Made by a program: the position numbers and the translations under genes. A stretch of 64,000 bases of DNA. It comes from Takakia lepidozioides. Lineage: Eukaryota > Plantae > Bryophyta. Shown in pieces: positions 25,581 to 39,729 of this stretch; positions within the stretch are counted from its first letter, which is position 1; each line of letters starts with the position of its first letter. The stretch spans positions 28,272,001 through 28,336,000 of the forward strand of contig CM060733.1 in NCBI GenBank assembly GCA_030704615.1. The letters are read 5' to 3'. A model generated the notes under the pieces. That model did not search any database, was not told where the DNA came from, and saw nothing but the letters and a program-made list of their open reading frames with translations.

Positions 25581-28500
25581 TCATCAGTGATAGGAAGACA
25601 TAAGGGCTTAGAGTGAGCACCAGTTACCGTCTGAAATTGGGATTCCAAACATTTTGATACTGTCACAGCAGACGCATCCATCGAAGATATCACTGGTCCT
25701 GCGCCTGGTAGATTAATCCCCAATCTGGCCACAATGGCTTTCTGGTACTCAATCATGCTCTGCATCTGTAATTTTAAGTGCCATGTCACGTCCTTGTGAT
25801 TCCACCAGTTTGTCCAAGCCATTCATCCTGCCAACTACTGTAGAATATGCGAGACTTCCCTCCTGCCAATCCATGAAAACTTGCCCAAGTATGAATCAAA
25901 CAAAAAAAACCTAGCATGAACAACCATTGGAAAGAAAACCCAGGCCAAAATCCTTGAAAAAAACCCTAGCAACCTATGATGCAGCAACCACTCTAGCAAA
26001 CGTGGAAAACACACTTACCCGCCTGTCACTCCCAGCTGACAACCATGACACTGAACCCTCTTGAATTTCATATAATGTAGGAGGGCACCCTGATAGTGTT
26101 TCCTGTAAATTAATTAATCCATGCCACAAGTCAGTAAGCAATGTGAGGGCTGACTATATACACATAGCAATTCAATGAGGAACAAAATACAGAGTCGTGA
26201 TGATGTCACTTACCAAGCGTGCTTCCACCATTGTCTTCCCACCACGGCCAGTCTTGGTAGGATTTTGAATTGCACCATTTGCCTTCTTCATGTTGCCCGA
26301 CACTTTGTGGAACACCTCTGTCTGCCAGTAACTTACAAGCTTGTTCCATACCTCGTCAGATACAGTAATGGGTTTCCCCTTACCACCCAACCACGCAATG
26401 TGTGCTTCATAACGTTGGCTCTTCATTATTCTGCCAATTGTTTGTTTTAGGTGGAAGTCTTTTAACTTGTGTGGCGTATATGAAAATAGCTTAGCCAGGT
26501 GATCTCTGATTTTGTATACAACTTCATCAGGCTGGTTGTTGATGGCAAGGGAACAATCTAGCTTGCGATAAGCCTGTCCTTTAAGGGCAGCGTGCCATAC
26601 ATTCCGAGTCTGACCATACGGGGCTCTTTTGAGGTTCGTCACAATCACCATGGGAGGAAGACCTGCAGCTATTCTCTCTTCCTTCACCTTGGCAGCTTCA
26701 ATTTTGGCTGAGCTATTAGCCCTCCTTAAAGCATTGGTTCTATCATTCTTTGAAACGGCACCCTCCCCTCCTTCAAAGACCTCCGTGCGCTCAGGAGAAT
26801 TCAAAGCAGGATCCTGCCAAGTAGGGACTGGTGGCCATGGCTGTTGGCCACAAGGCCGAGGACCATACTGGCCATACTGTCCATAAGCAGGAGGATATTC
26901 CGGTGGCCTGCCACCCCCATAGCTATTAGGGGGTGGCAAATATGGTGGAGGAGGATATTGGCCATACTGCCCATATGGAGGAGCACCATATTGACCCTGA
27001 CCATACTGAGTGCCCCAGACTGTGGGTACTGAGGCATACCATAATAAGGTGGGGGTACTGGTGGCACAGAACCCAAAACGATGGGAGAGTTAGGGCCACC
27101 TCCTGCGTTCTTGTGGGCACCATCTCTATTACTAGCAGCAGGGATCGTGGATCCAGTGCGCTTGTGCTTGCCCTGAAAAAGAAATTCCCCCAGTACAATG
27201 TGGGTGATTACACATACATATAGGCAGCAAGCAGCAAATCCTTGAATTCAAGATAACAAACTGGAAGCACATATCATTTGTAAAGACAAGATTACCCAAA
27301 ACTCAGTATGATCTTGGGCAGTATATCTCCCAAATTTGATTGGCCCCAATGATGTCCTCCTAGTACATTTTTGAACCTTCTTAGGTATGGGGTGTTCCTG
27401 AAATCCATAGCAAGAATTCAAATGGACAAACCTGATGGGTCCATGAGAAGTATCCCTCCAAGTTTTACTGATATTCTGGGTGCATAAGTAACCCAAGTAT
27501 CTCTATAAGTAGCCATTGTAGCTTAGTACCAGGACGTTGGTTTCATGGGCAAAGAATTTGAACATACCTGAAGTCTACATTGGCCTGACATCATGCCTTT
27601 GGCACTTCAACTTGTCTAGTGGAAATCATTTGTGATTGTGCCTTGGCTGACCCCTGCATTGTCCAACTTCCCTGTCTTGACAGACATACCCTATCTCTTC
27701 ATGATCTTACCATACCCTATCTCTTCGTGATTTTACCAAAAACATACATAATTTGAATCATGGTCATTGTGAAGAACTATAACTCACAGACGGAGAAGGT
27801 GTTCGTAGTGTAGATGATGGGCGTTTTTGTCCTGCGACATGAGCATGGGCATGTTCTCCTCGGCTTGCCGTGGCATCCGCCGACGACGCACTCGCCTCGC
27901 GCTGGCATGGGAGGAGTGGATCGTCCTCATCATCCTCAGAAGAGCCCTCATGCAGAATCGTAGTCTTCATCGTCTTCAGTCTGGCACTTTGCCTTGCAGG
28001 ACCTTGATCCCTAGCTTTTTCCTTCGGAGCGCGTGGCTTGCGAGGGCGATTCGCTCCCGCAAGCCTGCACAAACATCTCCATGACCTCCCTCTCAAACAA
28101 TCACAAACTAATGCAAGCATACATACCCTAATACTCTTAAGCCTACGTTGAACCACAACCGCACCCTACCAGGAATGGCTGCCCACGAATGACGGCGGAC
28201 ATCTCCCTCCTAATGACACACCCTCCTCAAACCTAATCGTCACTCACTGCATGTTGTTTGCCTCTCTGTTTGTACAAGTCGCAGCTACTCGCCCCCATTT
28301 GTGCTATGAAGCTTATGATCGCTGTAGGAAGGTTAGAGGATAAGGCAAATCGCAAGTTTAGTGGGTGGGTAACCAAAGTCAGGAACTAAACTCACCCATC
28401 TATCGACTGCTTGAACGTTGCTTCCACCTCCTTTATGGCAGCAATCCGACGCTCTCGGAACTTCTCGTACTCAGTGAGAGAGACTGTCACTTCAAAGACC

Positions 28501-28695
28501 TTCCGCTTCACCATGGACACTCAGAAACGATACTTATAGTATACTATAGATATAGAAATAGCACATTGGCAGCTGGTGCAAAACAAGAGACAATGCACTA
28601 TGCGTAGCATGCAAAGAGGGAAGGGGCGACGTTCAAAGCATGTACAGTGCAGGTGGCGATGGCGTAGGCGTAGAATAGATGACCGTCTATGGTGA

Positions 28696-29700
28696 ATGGA
28701 AGAAGCTTATGCCACAAGGAATGGGCATACAAAAATGCTATGCAACTGCGATGAGTGTCATGGAGGAAAAGTACTGTTGTTGGAAACAGTGAGGAATCAT
28801 TACATGATACACGGGAGGGATCCTCTTCTCCGACGTTGTTCTCTTCCGGTACGATCGCCACTTTCCCTTCAGCACTTTAGTTTGAATTTTGAATGCAACG
28901 ATCCTCTTCTCCACATGTCGACATTTCGTGGGTGATTGTAGTCAAGAATTCATAAGATACAGACGTGACTATGACTACGTCACTTCCGTTATCACTTTAA
29001 TTAATGCACATGTCGTGTTTTCATTGGTCATGTGTAGTCATGTAGTCTTATATGCCTAACTAAGTGACTGCAACTATGACTTCAATGGCTACAAATGTCG
29101 TGTTTTGATTGGGTGTATATTCATAAGATACATACGTAAATATGACTGCATCACTGCAACGTCACCGTGCCTCCTATGTCATAATATGAACAAGTGTCAC
29201 ATCGTTGTTGGTCCACTCACAAGATGACTATTGGGATGCAGGGATGTGAATATTCAGATGATGAAGACGAAGGCCCTGCGGCACAGCGGGAGCCCAATGT
29301 CACAGAGAACGCAGATGAGAATGGTGGATTGGAGGTAGAAATCCAGCGTGCATTGCAGGAAGCGTTTCTCTTTGCAGATGCAAACAGAGAGGACCCCATT
29401 CATGGTGGAACCGATCACACATTTGCCGATCATGACGATGACCTCGACGATTCCGGAGACAATGAATTTGATGAGAATGCTCACCTGCACGTTGATCCCG
29501 AGTATGATAAACTCTTCCGACAGTCGCAATGGCCACTTTTTGAAGGGTGCTCGATCAGCCGGCTGCAAGCAACTTTGACGTTGCTGAACGCATGCACTAC
29601 CCACAAGTGTACCAATGCATTTGTGGATGAGCTTCTGGGATTGTTGCGTAAGAGTTTTTTGTCTAAAGAGAATTCATTGCCGAAAACTCACTACGAAATG
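28696..29700 (+). pseudogene. CACTA transposase N-terminus (transposase-associated domain), truncated
   Basis: MLCNCDEC..VRNHYMIHG; PLFEGCSISRLQATLTLL..FVDELLGLL..NSLPKTHYE. Confidence 0.8.
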
Positions 29701-29819
29701 CTCCAATGTTGTTTCAAACATCTCCACATTGCAATGGATACAACACTGACATTAGATGAGTGAAAGTGAGACTAGACCTCCAGCCAGCCGGCTTTCCCAC
29801 ATCATCTGTAGAGGATAGA

Positions 29820-31540
29820 TAACGGCTGTTGCCTTGTCAATGTCTTTTCCAATCACCTTTGCAATGATCTGGGGTATAAGATCCTTCAAATCACAAGTTT
29901 GAGTATAACGCACAAGCCGCTTACGGGGATTGAGTTTCCAATGCGAACCATTGGTCTTTTATTGATAGCATTGTTGTAAAATACATGGACCAACATGGTC
30001 ATTTTCGGGAATGACATATAGTACGCTTTCATGTACTATGTAAGCATGCAACTATGTACCAATGACGTGGCTTGTTCGCCACTTAACCTGTTTGCCCATT
30101 TAGCCATCTCCACATTGCCATGGATTTTGCATGTTGGATTGTGAGGCCATCCACACCATCCTCTGGAAATGCTATCATGGGGTTTCAACTATGTCCACAT
30201 TTCCCTGGATTATGCCTGCACGAAGCAAGGCCAACTGCATTCAGCACCCTCCACTTTATTATAGTATTGCAACAACATTCAAAGCACTTCAATTTGTATC
30301 CATCGAGAACATCTAGGCTGGAAAAAGACATTGTTGCAGCAGAACTTAGGAAAGTACTTATCTCCTTCCACTACACACGTGAAATGAAAGAAGCCAACCA
30401 ACAGCATACCAGCCAAGAAAATATGAAACCAGCCAAGAAAAGAGCCAATATATGCAGTGAAGGTCGACACTAAATGAAACTTATCCAACACTTACATTAG
30501 AGGAGGGAAGTTAAGTTTTACCTCCATAAGCTTGCCCACATCAAATTTGGGAGCTTTCAGAATTTTTCCTTTCCGGTTGAATGAACTTGGCTACAAGATC
30601 CTTCAAATCACAAGTTTGAGCTTCACACACAATGAACTTATAGGGTTGAGCTTCCAATGCGAACCAGAAGTCTTATATTGATAGCATTGTTGTAAAACAC
30701 ATGGACCAACAATGACAGTCTCTGGAATGACATATAGTACAGTTTCTTGTAGTATGTCGCATACAACTATGTACCAGTGACGTGGCTTCTTTGCCACTTG
30801 CCTCCTTTGCCCATTCAGCCATCTCCACATTGCCACGGACTCTGCACGCACCACGCAAGGCCATCCACACCATCATCTGGAAATGCTATAATCAGCCATC
30901 TCCACATTGCAATGGATTCTGTCCGCACCAAACAAGGCCAACTGCATTCAGCAGCCTCCACTTTATTATGGTATTGCAGCAACATTGAAAAGCACTTCAA
31001 TTAATATCCAACAAGAACATGTAGGCTGGAAAACAAAAATTATTGCAGCAGAACTTACGTTCGTACTCCTCCCCTTCCACTACACACGGGAAATTTAACC
31101 CCTGGTACCTCAACATGCTCCCCTTCAAGCTCTTCCAACTCACCAACATGTCGCTCTATCTTTGCTCCCACCTCCTCACTGTATGTGATCCCCATGATAG
31201 CAGCCAAGCAACAAGATACCAGCCAAGAAAACAACCAATGTATGCAGTGAACGTCGACACTAAACTGAAACTTATCCAGCACTTAAATTAGAGGAGGGAA
31301 GCGAGTTCTACCTCCATAAGCTTACCCACATCAACTCTGGGAGCTTTCATAATATTTACTTTGTGGATGAAGGTTCTGTATATGATACATACTGGCTGAT
31401 ATCTTCTCAATGTCTTTTCCAATCACCTCTGGAATGAACTTGGCTACAAGAACCTTCAAATCACAAGTTTGAGTTTCATGCACAATGATCTCCCTCATCT
31501 TCCACCGAAGCAAGCCGAGACATGGTAACACTACTTACAT
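29820..31540 (-). pseudogene. RPS3A: Rearranged, locally duplicated fragments of 40S ribosomal protein S3a
   Basis: KMREII..CDLKVLVAKFIPEVIGKDIEK at 31400-31505; tail EEVGAKIER at ~31150-31180; partial copies at 30520-30620 and 29820-29900. Confidence 0.75.
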
Positions 31541-32559
31541 CAGGCTGCATATCGCGAACCTGGTGAAGGACCTGCATGGAAATACTGGCTGCATACAATG
31601 TTTTGCAGTGTTCCTGACAAGCAACCACCATTGCAACCGTCATGTTCTATGGAAATTTCTGTCTCTGTCTCTGTCTCTGTCTCTCTTTCCCACTCACACA
31701 TGAACCTCAGAAAATGGACAATCAGAGACCTGAAATGCCTTCATTATCCCCAAAAACTATTGGTTGGTGTACTTGAGGTTCTACTTCTTTCAGAGTGCCA
31801 TTCAACTTCTAAGAATTGCATCATTTTGTCGAAGAGCCCTAGAAATTGTCTAACATTTTTGAAATTGTGCGTAGCAAGTGCGCTTAATGTGGTTGGGTCG
31901 CTTCTTTGTGAAGCCAATGCAAAAAATCCGCAACATGTAATTGTCTGTTGTTTTCACATCCACATGTGACTCTATCAGACTCTACCATTTCCACACCAGC
32001 CTCCATCAACTTGTCTGTGGTGAAATTTATTCCCTGGACCAATCCCAAGTCAATTTACAACATGGCCTTTAACCCTGACAACAAAAAAAACTCACTTTAT
32101 AGTGCCAAAAGATTCAGATTTACTTGAGAATAAGCACTTCAATTTCGCTATGATGTACTGAGTGATAAGAGCCCCATACTAGAAGCAACACTGCACCCAC
32201 TTAAAATGAGAGTAACCTAAAAGTTAGTGAGGACATTGCGACCCTACACATTCTTGGTGAAGCCAGTTTGGCAATTCGCAGAGAACACATATACTAGCGA
32301 CCAGCTTCAACATTTCCTTTGTAATATCTTCCATTATTTGACCGGCCAACCTGTGATGACGACAATGCTACCCATATCCTAACAGCATTGCATTCGAAAA
32401 GAATTCCCAAAATCAAGATCATGAGGGGAAGTGTGAAGTTCCCTTTGGAACCTTCCACATAAAATGAAGGGTTTGACAGCGAAATAAGGACAAAAAGGGG
32501 GAGGAAGATGCAGGTTCCGATTGGGATTTCGCATCGGGCCTGTAGCTTCATGATGGTGA

Positions 32560-35500
32560 TTGGTTATAACTGCTAATGGAAGAGATGTAGACTTGGCAGT
32601 AGATATTTAAACGTTTCGATTATAACTTACCAATCTGACACCAGATAACCTTTGTAAATCCTATCGAACTCTCCCTTCAAATTCGCATCGTCGATGCTTC
32701 CATACATGTCCATGAAGGTAACGTTCCAAATTTCTTCAAGTAGATGCAGTTCTCGCCTATGATATGATCACCATGCTATCCTGCAATCATCGCATTTGAA
32801 GACACGACCCGTCGTTCAGCCATACTGTCGCACATTCCCTCTCTGCAAACTCCACATTCCAAATGGCATCCTCTGCAGATTCTCACTTTACAGACTCAAT
32901 GAAGAATGCGACTTAATGCTCTACGGTAACTACAAAATGCTTGAGCTATATCAAACCAATAGGAAACTAACACATGTACTAAGCTGATAGGATTTCGGCA
33001 AACATGGATGGATGAGCTCATCCAATGGATGGATCCATTCATGTATATGTCTTCAAAATGACACGTGTACTAATAAAGTCATATAAATGCCTTTAAAATG
33101 CCATGTGTAGTGATGTAGTCATATATATAGAGTCATGAATCAATCTGCAGTCAAACAGTCATAAGTTTACATGCCATGTCATGCTGTGGATGAACTCGTC
33201 CAATGGATGAATACATTCGTGTATTTGCCTTCGAAATGACACGTGTAGCGATGTAGTCGTATAATTAGAGCTGTGAAACCATCTCCAGTCATGGAGTCAT
33301 AACATTCCATGAAACGTCGTCCACGTGTAGTCAAACATATCACACTAGTCATATAAACCATGGTCAAGGTACAAGTCAATGTAATGAGCTGTGAAGAGGC
33401 CACATTACCATGTGGAGGATTGCTGGGGAACTGGGGGGCACACCCATCGCATAGGATCGGTGGCCTCCACCCACCTTGGGTCTAGAGGGTAGAATCCTCT
33501 TACCATAGCCCAGAATCTAACAAACAGTGGCTTCAACCTCTTGTGTTGGTGCATGTTTTTAATGCTATTCAAGTGAAGGTGGCGCATGGATTCCATTATT
33601 ATGACACTCCAGTGGTTGCTGCACAATACATGCAGACTTGCAGCATCGTCATATCCACGAAACACACGATTCCACATGCAAAATGCGTATGGAAGCGAGA
33701 TAAAGGGGCAGAGTGTGCAGAAAACTCACTCAGAAGTAACAAGGACAATGAGCGCTTCCACACCAACACAATTCAGAGTAGGGAATCGTCTGTCCATCCA
33801 AGTCTGTATGGACTCAACTGTTGTCCCATATGCACTGCAATGGTCCCAAAGACAAATCCAAGTGAAACTGTCTAGAAATCGCACTTTACTGCGTACAGTG
33901 GTAGGGAGGAAAAGTGTTTTGCAAGAAACCCAAAAGTCCATGAGGCGGTCGCTTGTCCAGCCCCTTGCATGCACCAGGTCATCTGCATCTTCTAGTCTAA
34001 GAGGGATCTGAGGGGAGAATGCATCTTGCATAAACCATATGTCTGTCGTTGGTCAGACAAGCGCACCACAGACAATCCTGAAAACACGCACCACATATGC
34101 GTTTAAGGCAAATGCGCATAGACAATGACAATGCTGGTGCAACTCGCAAGAGGATTTGAAGGTATACCATATCATTTACTGTAAAGAAGGGTGCACGGGC
34201 GTTGAACTCACAATACATTTTCCATCTCGCTATGTATCCTGCACAGTGCCGAGGAACCCATAAGAATTCACGCGCACATACAAGCGCTCGTGCAACAGTA
34301 CACATACAAAAAAACATGTTACATGCAGGAATACAAATGCTTACCTCTTCCTCGTTTTAGTTCGTTGGCTTGGAACTACAAGTATAACATTGGGTGGAAC
34401 CTCATCTAGAGAATGGTGCATTGTATCACTCGCGCTATCAGCCGCGATGGCGATGGGGCTGGCGAATGTGACATTGCGGGCAGACTTACGTCTACCCTGC
34501 ACACTCCCATCCACGTCACCCTGAGTCTGTGCTGTGGCGTCTGTACTGTCAAATGTATTCACACCCAAGGGAAAGACAATCTCCCGGGGACAAATGGGGG
34601 AAGGCAATGCAAAGATTTTCTGATGTGGCGTTCGGGGCTCTTCAAAAAGATGGACATGGGGGGTTTCTGAGGACCCAACAATGGTTGCCGCAGAAACAAA
34701 TGCACCATCATCAAGGGGACATTGGACACTAAGGGGGGCAAGACTCAGAAAAGGATGTGCTGAATTGCAAGAGGCCACAGGGGGCAGAAATCCAACACAA
34801 TCGGGAAATACCTGACTGCCAGCAAGGTCCATTTCAAGTTGAGTCAGGAGACCTGGTTGGGGGCAAAGAATGTCGGCAGAGACATCTGCAGAGGTATCTT
34901 TGTCATGGGGTGAAGGACGTTTACGCCGGCATCCACATCGTCTGCACATGCAGGTTTTGCTGTGGGTGCATCTGTAACACTGTCCACCACAGCAGGAAGG
35001 GGGCCATCTGAATTGTGAAGTTGGACGACTATTTCCACTTCAGGCTGTACCAAATCATCTGCACGCGGAGGGCTACCCACGTTCTTGGAGGCAATGTCAG
35101 CCACATCCACCAACACGTGGATATTTGTATCCCCTGTGGATTAGCAGGGGGGGCGATCCATTGCATACTCTGGGAAGGAGAAGCAACCCCAACGCTACAC
35201 GAGTGTGTATTCTGTGGCACCCCAGCCTGGCAAGAGCAACAACATCTGCAGATTTTTGCGCACATTGGAATGCCTCATTGACTTTAGAGTCATTGTAATC
35301 AAGAGAGCCTGCACAAGTCAAGGTGGAGTACACTTAAGCACCTCTTCCATTTCAAAGCAGCACACATACTTACACGTACAAAGAAGACATTGTAAAAACA
35401 TCCACATTGCAATGACTATCGTGCAAATGATGGACATTTTACCTACCTGGATCCCGACCAATCCAACACAAGTCAAGATCCTCTTGATACTTCAAGGCAG

Positions 35501-37001
35501 CTTTGAAATCCTGGAGGGCCTTATCAACACCATGTCCTGGCAGTCCCACCCCACACCACAAGACCTCAAAGGAAGTAGGCTTACAAATGGCAAGGACTTG
35601 TGCAACCCTGTATCCGACTCCGTGCATGAACTCATTCATGGAATCCAATACACGCAACCGGTCCTCTTCTTGCCGGTCAACAAGGTCATGTGCAGTTTCG
35701 AGCACCCCCCTCTTGACCTCCTCGTAGGGGGGCATGCCACCATACAATAACTGTCCAAATGACATGAAATTCGCTGCAGCATTTCTAATCGCAGTCTTAC
35801 CCTCGCTGGTGTACAGAAGTTGCTTAAGGAGTACATGCAACACCGAGTTCCTGGGTGTGGATAGGGGAGTAGACGCATCAACGTGACACATCCAAATCAA
35901 GCGCAAAACCCGCATGAAAGGGGGCACATGGGGGCTCTCCCACGGGTTCGTTGATGATGATAAAAGGTCCATGAGTCTATGGGCTTCTTGTTTCAAATGA
36001 TTGTAAATACTAGGCATGTCCGGGAACTCAACCATCTTGAGAATTCTGAACAAGGGCGACCGGCCCCATTTAGCCTCGTCTAATTCATCATGTGTTACCC
36101 TCTCCCATTTGGCCATGCCAACCTCCACATACTGACGTCTTCGAGCCTCCAACGTAGCCAAAGCTGCAACCTCCTTCACTTCGTAATCATTGAGAGCAGC
36201 TCTATATTTGTTGTACGCGACAACCGCGACGCATTCACTGTACCGGCCAGCATGGTCGGGAGTGAAACCAGGACGTTTCGCAAACAAATTTAATGTCTTC
36301 TTCAAAAGCTTCGTAAGCTCAGGGGGCGGTCCACCATGCTGCGACCACAATCGTGCGCCAGGAAGGACCCCACATTAGCATAGAACGGACCAGAACGAAT
36401 GACAGTGAAGGATAAAAAGCATGCACCAGACAACAATATGCCATGGATGCAAACCAAATGCTTCATGTCCAATTACAAGTAATACAATATAATGAACACA
36501 GTCCCAATTCCGTGATGTGTAAAACACCTGCTCAAAATGCAGAATGCATGGAGGTTCCAATATGATTGAAGTCACCACCATTCCATACATTTGGGCAGAT
36601 GATGCAGGGCGCAGTGAAATGAATGCATGGAATACAGTCGCAGCAGAAGCATGTATCCATAAGCATGACAAAAAATGATTGGAAGTAAAATTGTTGAGGG
36701 TGAGAAGGGGACATACCATGAATTTCATAAACCATCTACCGTAGGCAGCACCCATCATACTGTCACCAAAATCAGGGGTCCCCGAAAGGTCCACAAGTCT
36801 GTGGTAAAATTCAGGGTCGTCGGGCGAAACAAATCCAGGAGGCAATAGATTGAAGTCCATGAGGTAGCTAAGGCCTAGCCGTGAAACAACAACGGGTCTG
36901 TATGAAAGAGCAACATCAAACCGCAATCTCAAAGCAACTGTTTCAAATGCCTCTGTGGCCTCGTCTCTATTCAGATCCCTAAGTCGATTTTTGTTAAGCA
37001 A
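32560..37001 (-). pseudogene. Transposon-type gene ending in a Ulp1-like (C48) cysteine protease domain
   Basis: VRFLDSF; NHWSVII; HLNSI; VPQQSSTW*CGLFTAHY with a stop just before the catalytic Cys (~33405). Upstream exons are of unknown function. TAGTCAT motifs like those of CACTA-2 at 33050-33350. Confidence 0.65.
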
Positions 37002-37119
37002 ATCTTCTGGATTTGGAGGGGCGGTATGGTGATTGTTTGATTCCCTGGGTCCATCCCCTGCCGGTGTCGTCTGTTTTTCTGGCTGGACAACTTTGTGCTC
37101 TGCAATGTTGCACTGGCTG

Positions 37120-37830
37120 GGTGGCTAAGAATTTGCTGCTGGGGTGCCCAACCAGAGTAGATTAAACCTCGGTCCTTCACACGCTCCTCAAAACCTGGAG
37201 GCATTACTGCAGGCCAACGCCCTCATGAGCTAATCGATGCTCTACTGAGAAACATTGCTGCCACATAACTCTGGATAACTAACCTGCCATGCACCAGAAT
37301 ATACATATGGTACAGTAGACTCTTTTTTAACCATTATTTTTAAATCCATCAAACTAATGCTTTCACTTCATGGTTGATAATCGGCCTATGTCGATGAGTC
37401 ATTACGTCATCCTCAAAAGCAGCAGGAACTATCATCACCCTTCCCCAAGAGCACTGTCGATGTGCATAGAACGACCAAGGGATTGTCCTACTCGGTACAT
37501 CCATGGGAGCATTCCTTCATAGTATAACTGGTCTATGATATGCTAGCATGTGAAGGGTTACAAGTTTATCAGATGTAAGATCCAAAGTCACTGTCCAGGA
37601 TTATGGGCCAATTCTCATCTGAAGGGAGCAATTCAGAGAACAACAGCAGTAACTCTGAAGCCGAGGGGGCTGCTACGTTGGGTTGCCATAGTAGCCACAA
37701 GAAAGGTTGCTTGCTAGCCTAAAGTCCCTGTGCCAGCTCATGGATTTGTGGTCCTGTCAACAATCCTGGCTTACTTCCAAATGCAATGTACATGACTGAA
37801 GAAGGAACCTGGGTGTTTAAAAGTGCTAAG
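37120..37830 (-). pseudogene. UDP-glycosyltransferase fragments
   Basis: PPGFEERVKDRGLIYSGWAPQQQILSHPA (start of the PSPG box); SSVMYIAFGS..IHELAQGL*ASKQPFLW. Confidence 0.8.
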
Positions 37831-37899
37831 CTACTATTGAAATGTGATCATCGCCTTCACACCTAAAACTATAGAAGCCATTCATTGACACATATATAG

Positions 37900-38453
37900 G
37901 AAGCTCACCTGGGCGCCAAAAAGAGGGCCGTGGGTATGCCAGGTACCAAAGTCCTTCATATCGAAGGGGATTGCTTGGGCAAAGTGTTGATACATGTCAC
38001 CCATGTTGTAATCACTTCGCTCCCGCACCATGATGGGAGCTGAAGCCTCAACAAACTCCACCCCTGCGTCGTTACAGTCCACGACTATCTCCCCATCTTC
38101 CTCTTGTACACACCTCCCTGCAGGACATGTCATGGTCTCTCAACGTCCTCATCTAGTTTCCCCGAAGCCTATATACCAAAGCTGACATGACAGACAGGGT
38201 GGATGTTTTACCTGCCAATGGGTAGTAGTCTGCCAGCGCTCTTTAGAGACTCTCCCTTAGTCTTTCATTGAACTGCTCCACGGAGGTCTTCTTGAGCGCT
38301 GGCATCGAACAGCAGCACGCGTCGGAGGGGGGGAACTTTTATCATGCGTATATCAAAGCCAGTAAGTTGGAGCCGCTTCAACTCCCGGCTGTCGTGAGGA
38401 CGTTGCGTGGGAACCACCGTGGTTTTTGACAGGACAGTCACTTCCACGTCCAT
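37900..38453 (-). pseudogene. BAHD acyltransferase N-terminal fragment
   Basis: VTVLSKTTVVP..LQLTGFD; DYYPLAG; IVVDCNDAGVEFVEA; PLFGAQV. Confidence 0.8.
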
Positions 38454-38980
38454 TTAGAATAGTGTCGACTTCACCGGGACTCTCGCTCCACCCCTCGAAA
38501 CCGGGACTCTCGCTCCACCCCTGTGGACTTAGTGAGCTAGGTGCAAGCTGGATAGGAATCCAGAGTTAATGAGTAAGAAATTGATTGAAGGTCAATCGTA
38601 TCAATGCTGATCAATCACGAGTCAGGAAGGCGAAGCGGGAGCTGGAATCCACGAACCGCAGGTAAGTGGACAGTTCACACCGACCTGTGAACATCATAGG
38701 AACTTTGATAGCCAGGCCACACAAACCATTTGCCTCCGTTGGCAGGACGCACGTCGAAGAACGGCGTCTTCACGGGGAGCGGCCACACAAGCCCCATCCT
38801 TCCTTGTTGGCTCCTTGGTGGGACCATTCAAACAGCAGGGATTGGTTGCTAAGATCCAACAAGGTAGGTAGGTAGGATTTTACCTTCGTTTTGTGAATGA
38901 GTGCCTGATCAAAATCTTGCCATAGCGGGACAATACAAGACAAGCTGGGAAGCTTTGGGCCTTTCCGTGGTCATTACTGG

Positions 38981-39727
38981 CTAAAGCCAAGCTCTGCACA
39001 TTGCAAAGGATGATTGTGTTTCCTGACTTCCAATCTCTATCACCTTCGCAGTAGAGTTCAGGTAATAAAGACCAGTTGTGCCTCCCCCGCCCGATGACCC
39101 CGCCTTCCAAGGGACAACCCTAGTCCGACGATGTGAATTCTGACTTGCCGAGCAAGCCCAATACTCAACACGCCGCATTAACTCAGCTTCGGCGAAGGGC
39201 ACTCGACCCTCGGTTGTTCTACCCTTCCATGTCTTCATTAGCTGCCTCAAATTCCACGTGGCGTCTTTTGTCCTGCTTTGGATCCACCGATTGAACTTCA
39301 GCTTATCCCTGTCCGCCGTCCACTTAGCCTCCGCCAAAGCGTTTGTCATTTTCCTCTCCATATTTTGCTGGAAAATCTGAAACCCCTCCCATCCATAACT
39401 AACATAAGCACTATCCAGCCTCATCATGTTCCTACCCTTGAAATAATCCACTACCACTTCTTTCATCCTATCCAAGACATCCGGTCCCGGGTAGTCTGGC
39501 TTGTTGACCTGACTATCCCGCTCGTGGGCACGTTTTCGCTTCCTCCACCCCCAAGACGACCCCGCCTCAGAACTTGAATTCACAACCCCCGACATTATAT
39601 AAACCTTTGCCCACTACAGGGTCCAAAACCTTAGAAAATGACAATGTGGATGGTGTCTTCGTAGTTTTCTGCAAAAAAACAGGCCGTCGGAGATCCGAAA
39701 ACGGCAAAATGGTGATACGATGTTGGG
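38981..39727 (-). other. Repeat-derived ORF of unknown function; inverted homologue at 60430-60994
   Basis: 204-aa ORF 38981-39595 closely matches the ORF starting at 60565. Confidence 0.6.
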
Positions 39728-39729
39728 AA

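Larger units (their letters stand above)
16953..28156 (-). pseudogene. TnpA-like accessory gene (Ptta/En/Spm-like domain, FCP1-like domain, Tnp1-like C-terminus), split by a Gypsy insertion
   Basis: 26172-26939 WNKLVSYW..KKANGAIQNPTKTGRGG; 16953-17252 GDEVRLLD..TPLPY..LGQVVGQTTLW; the frame continues across the Gypsy TSD (LPITDD/LLNLTEQ). Confidence 0.6.
15776..29700. mobile_element. CACTA element 2, left terminus present, right part truncated
   Basis: Begins CACTACAACAGATG at 15776, followed by TATGACT subterminal repeats; the same motif recurs at 28960-29150; carries divergent TnpA-like and transposase genes. Confidence 0.75.

Noticed and set aside
38473-38522. 23-bp direct repeat
   Set aside because: Simple local duplication with no further structure
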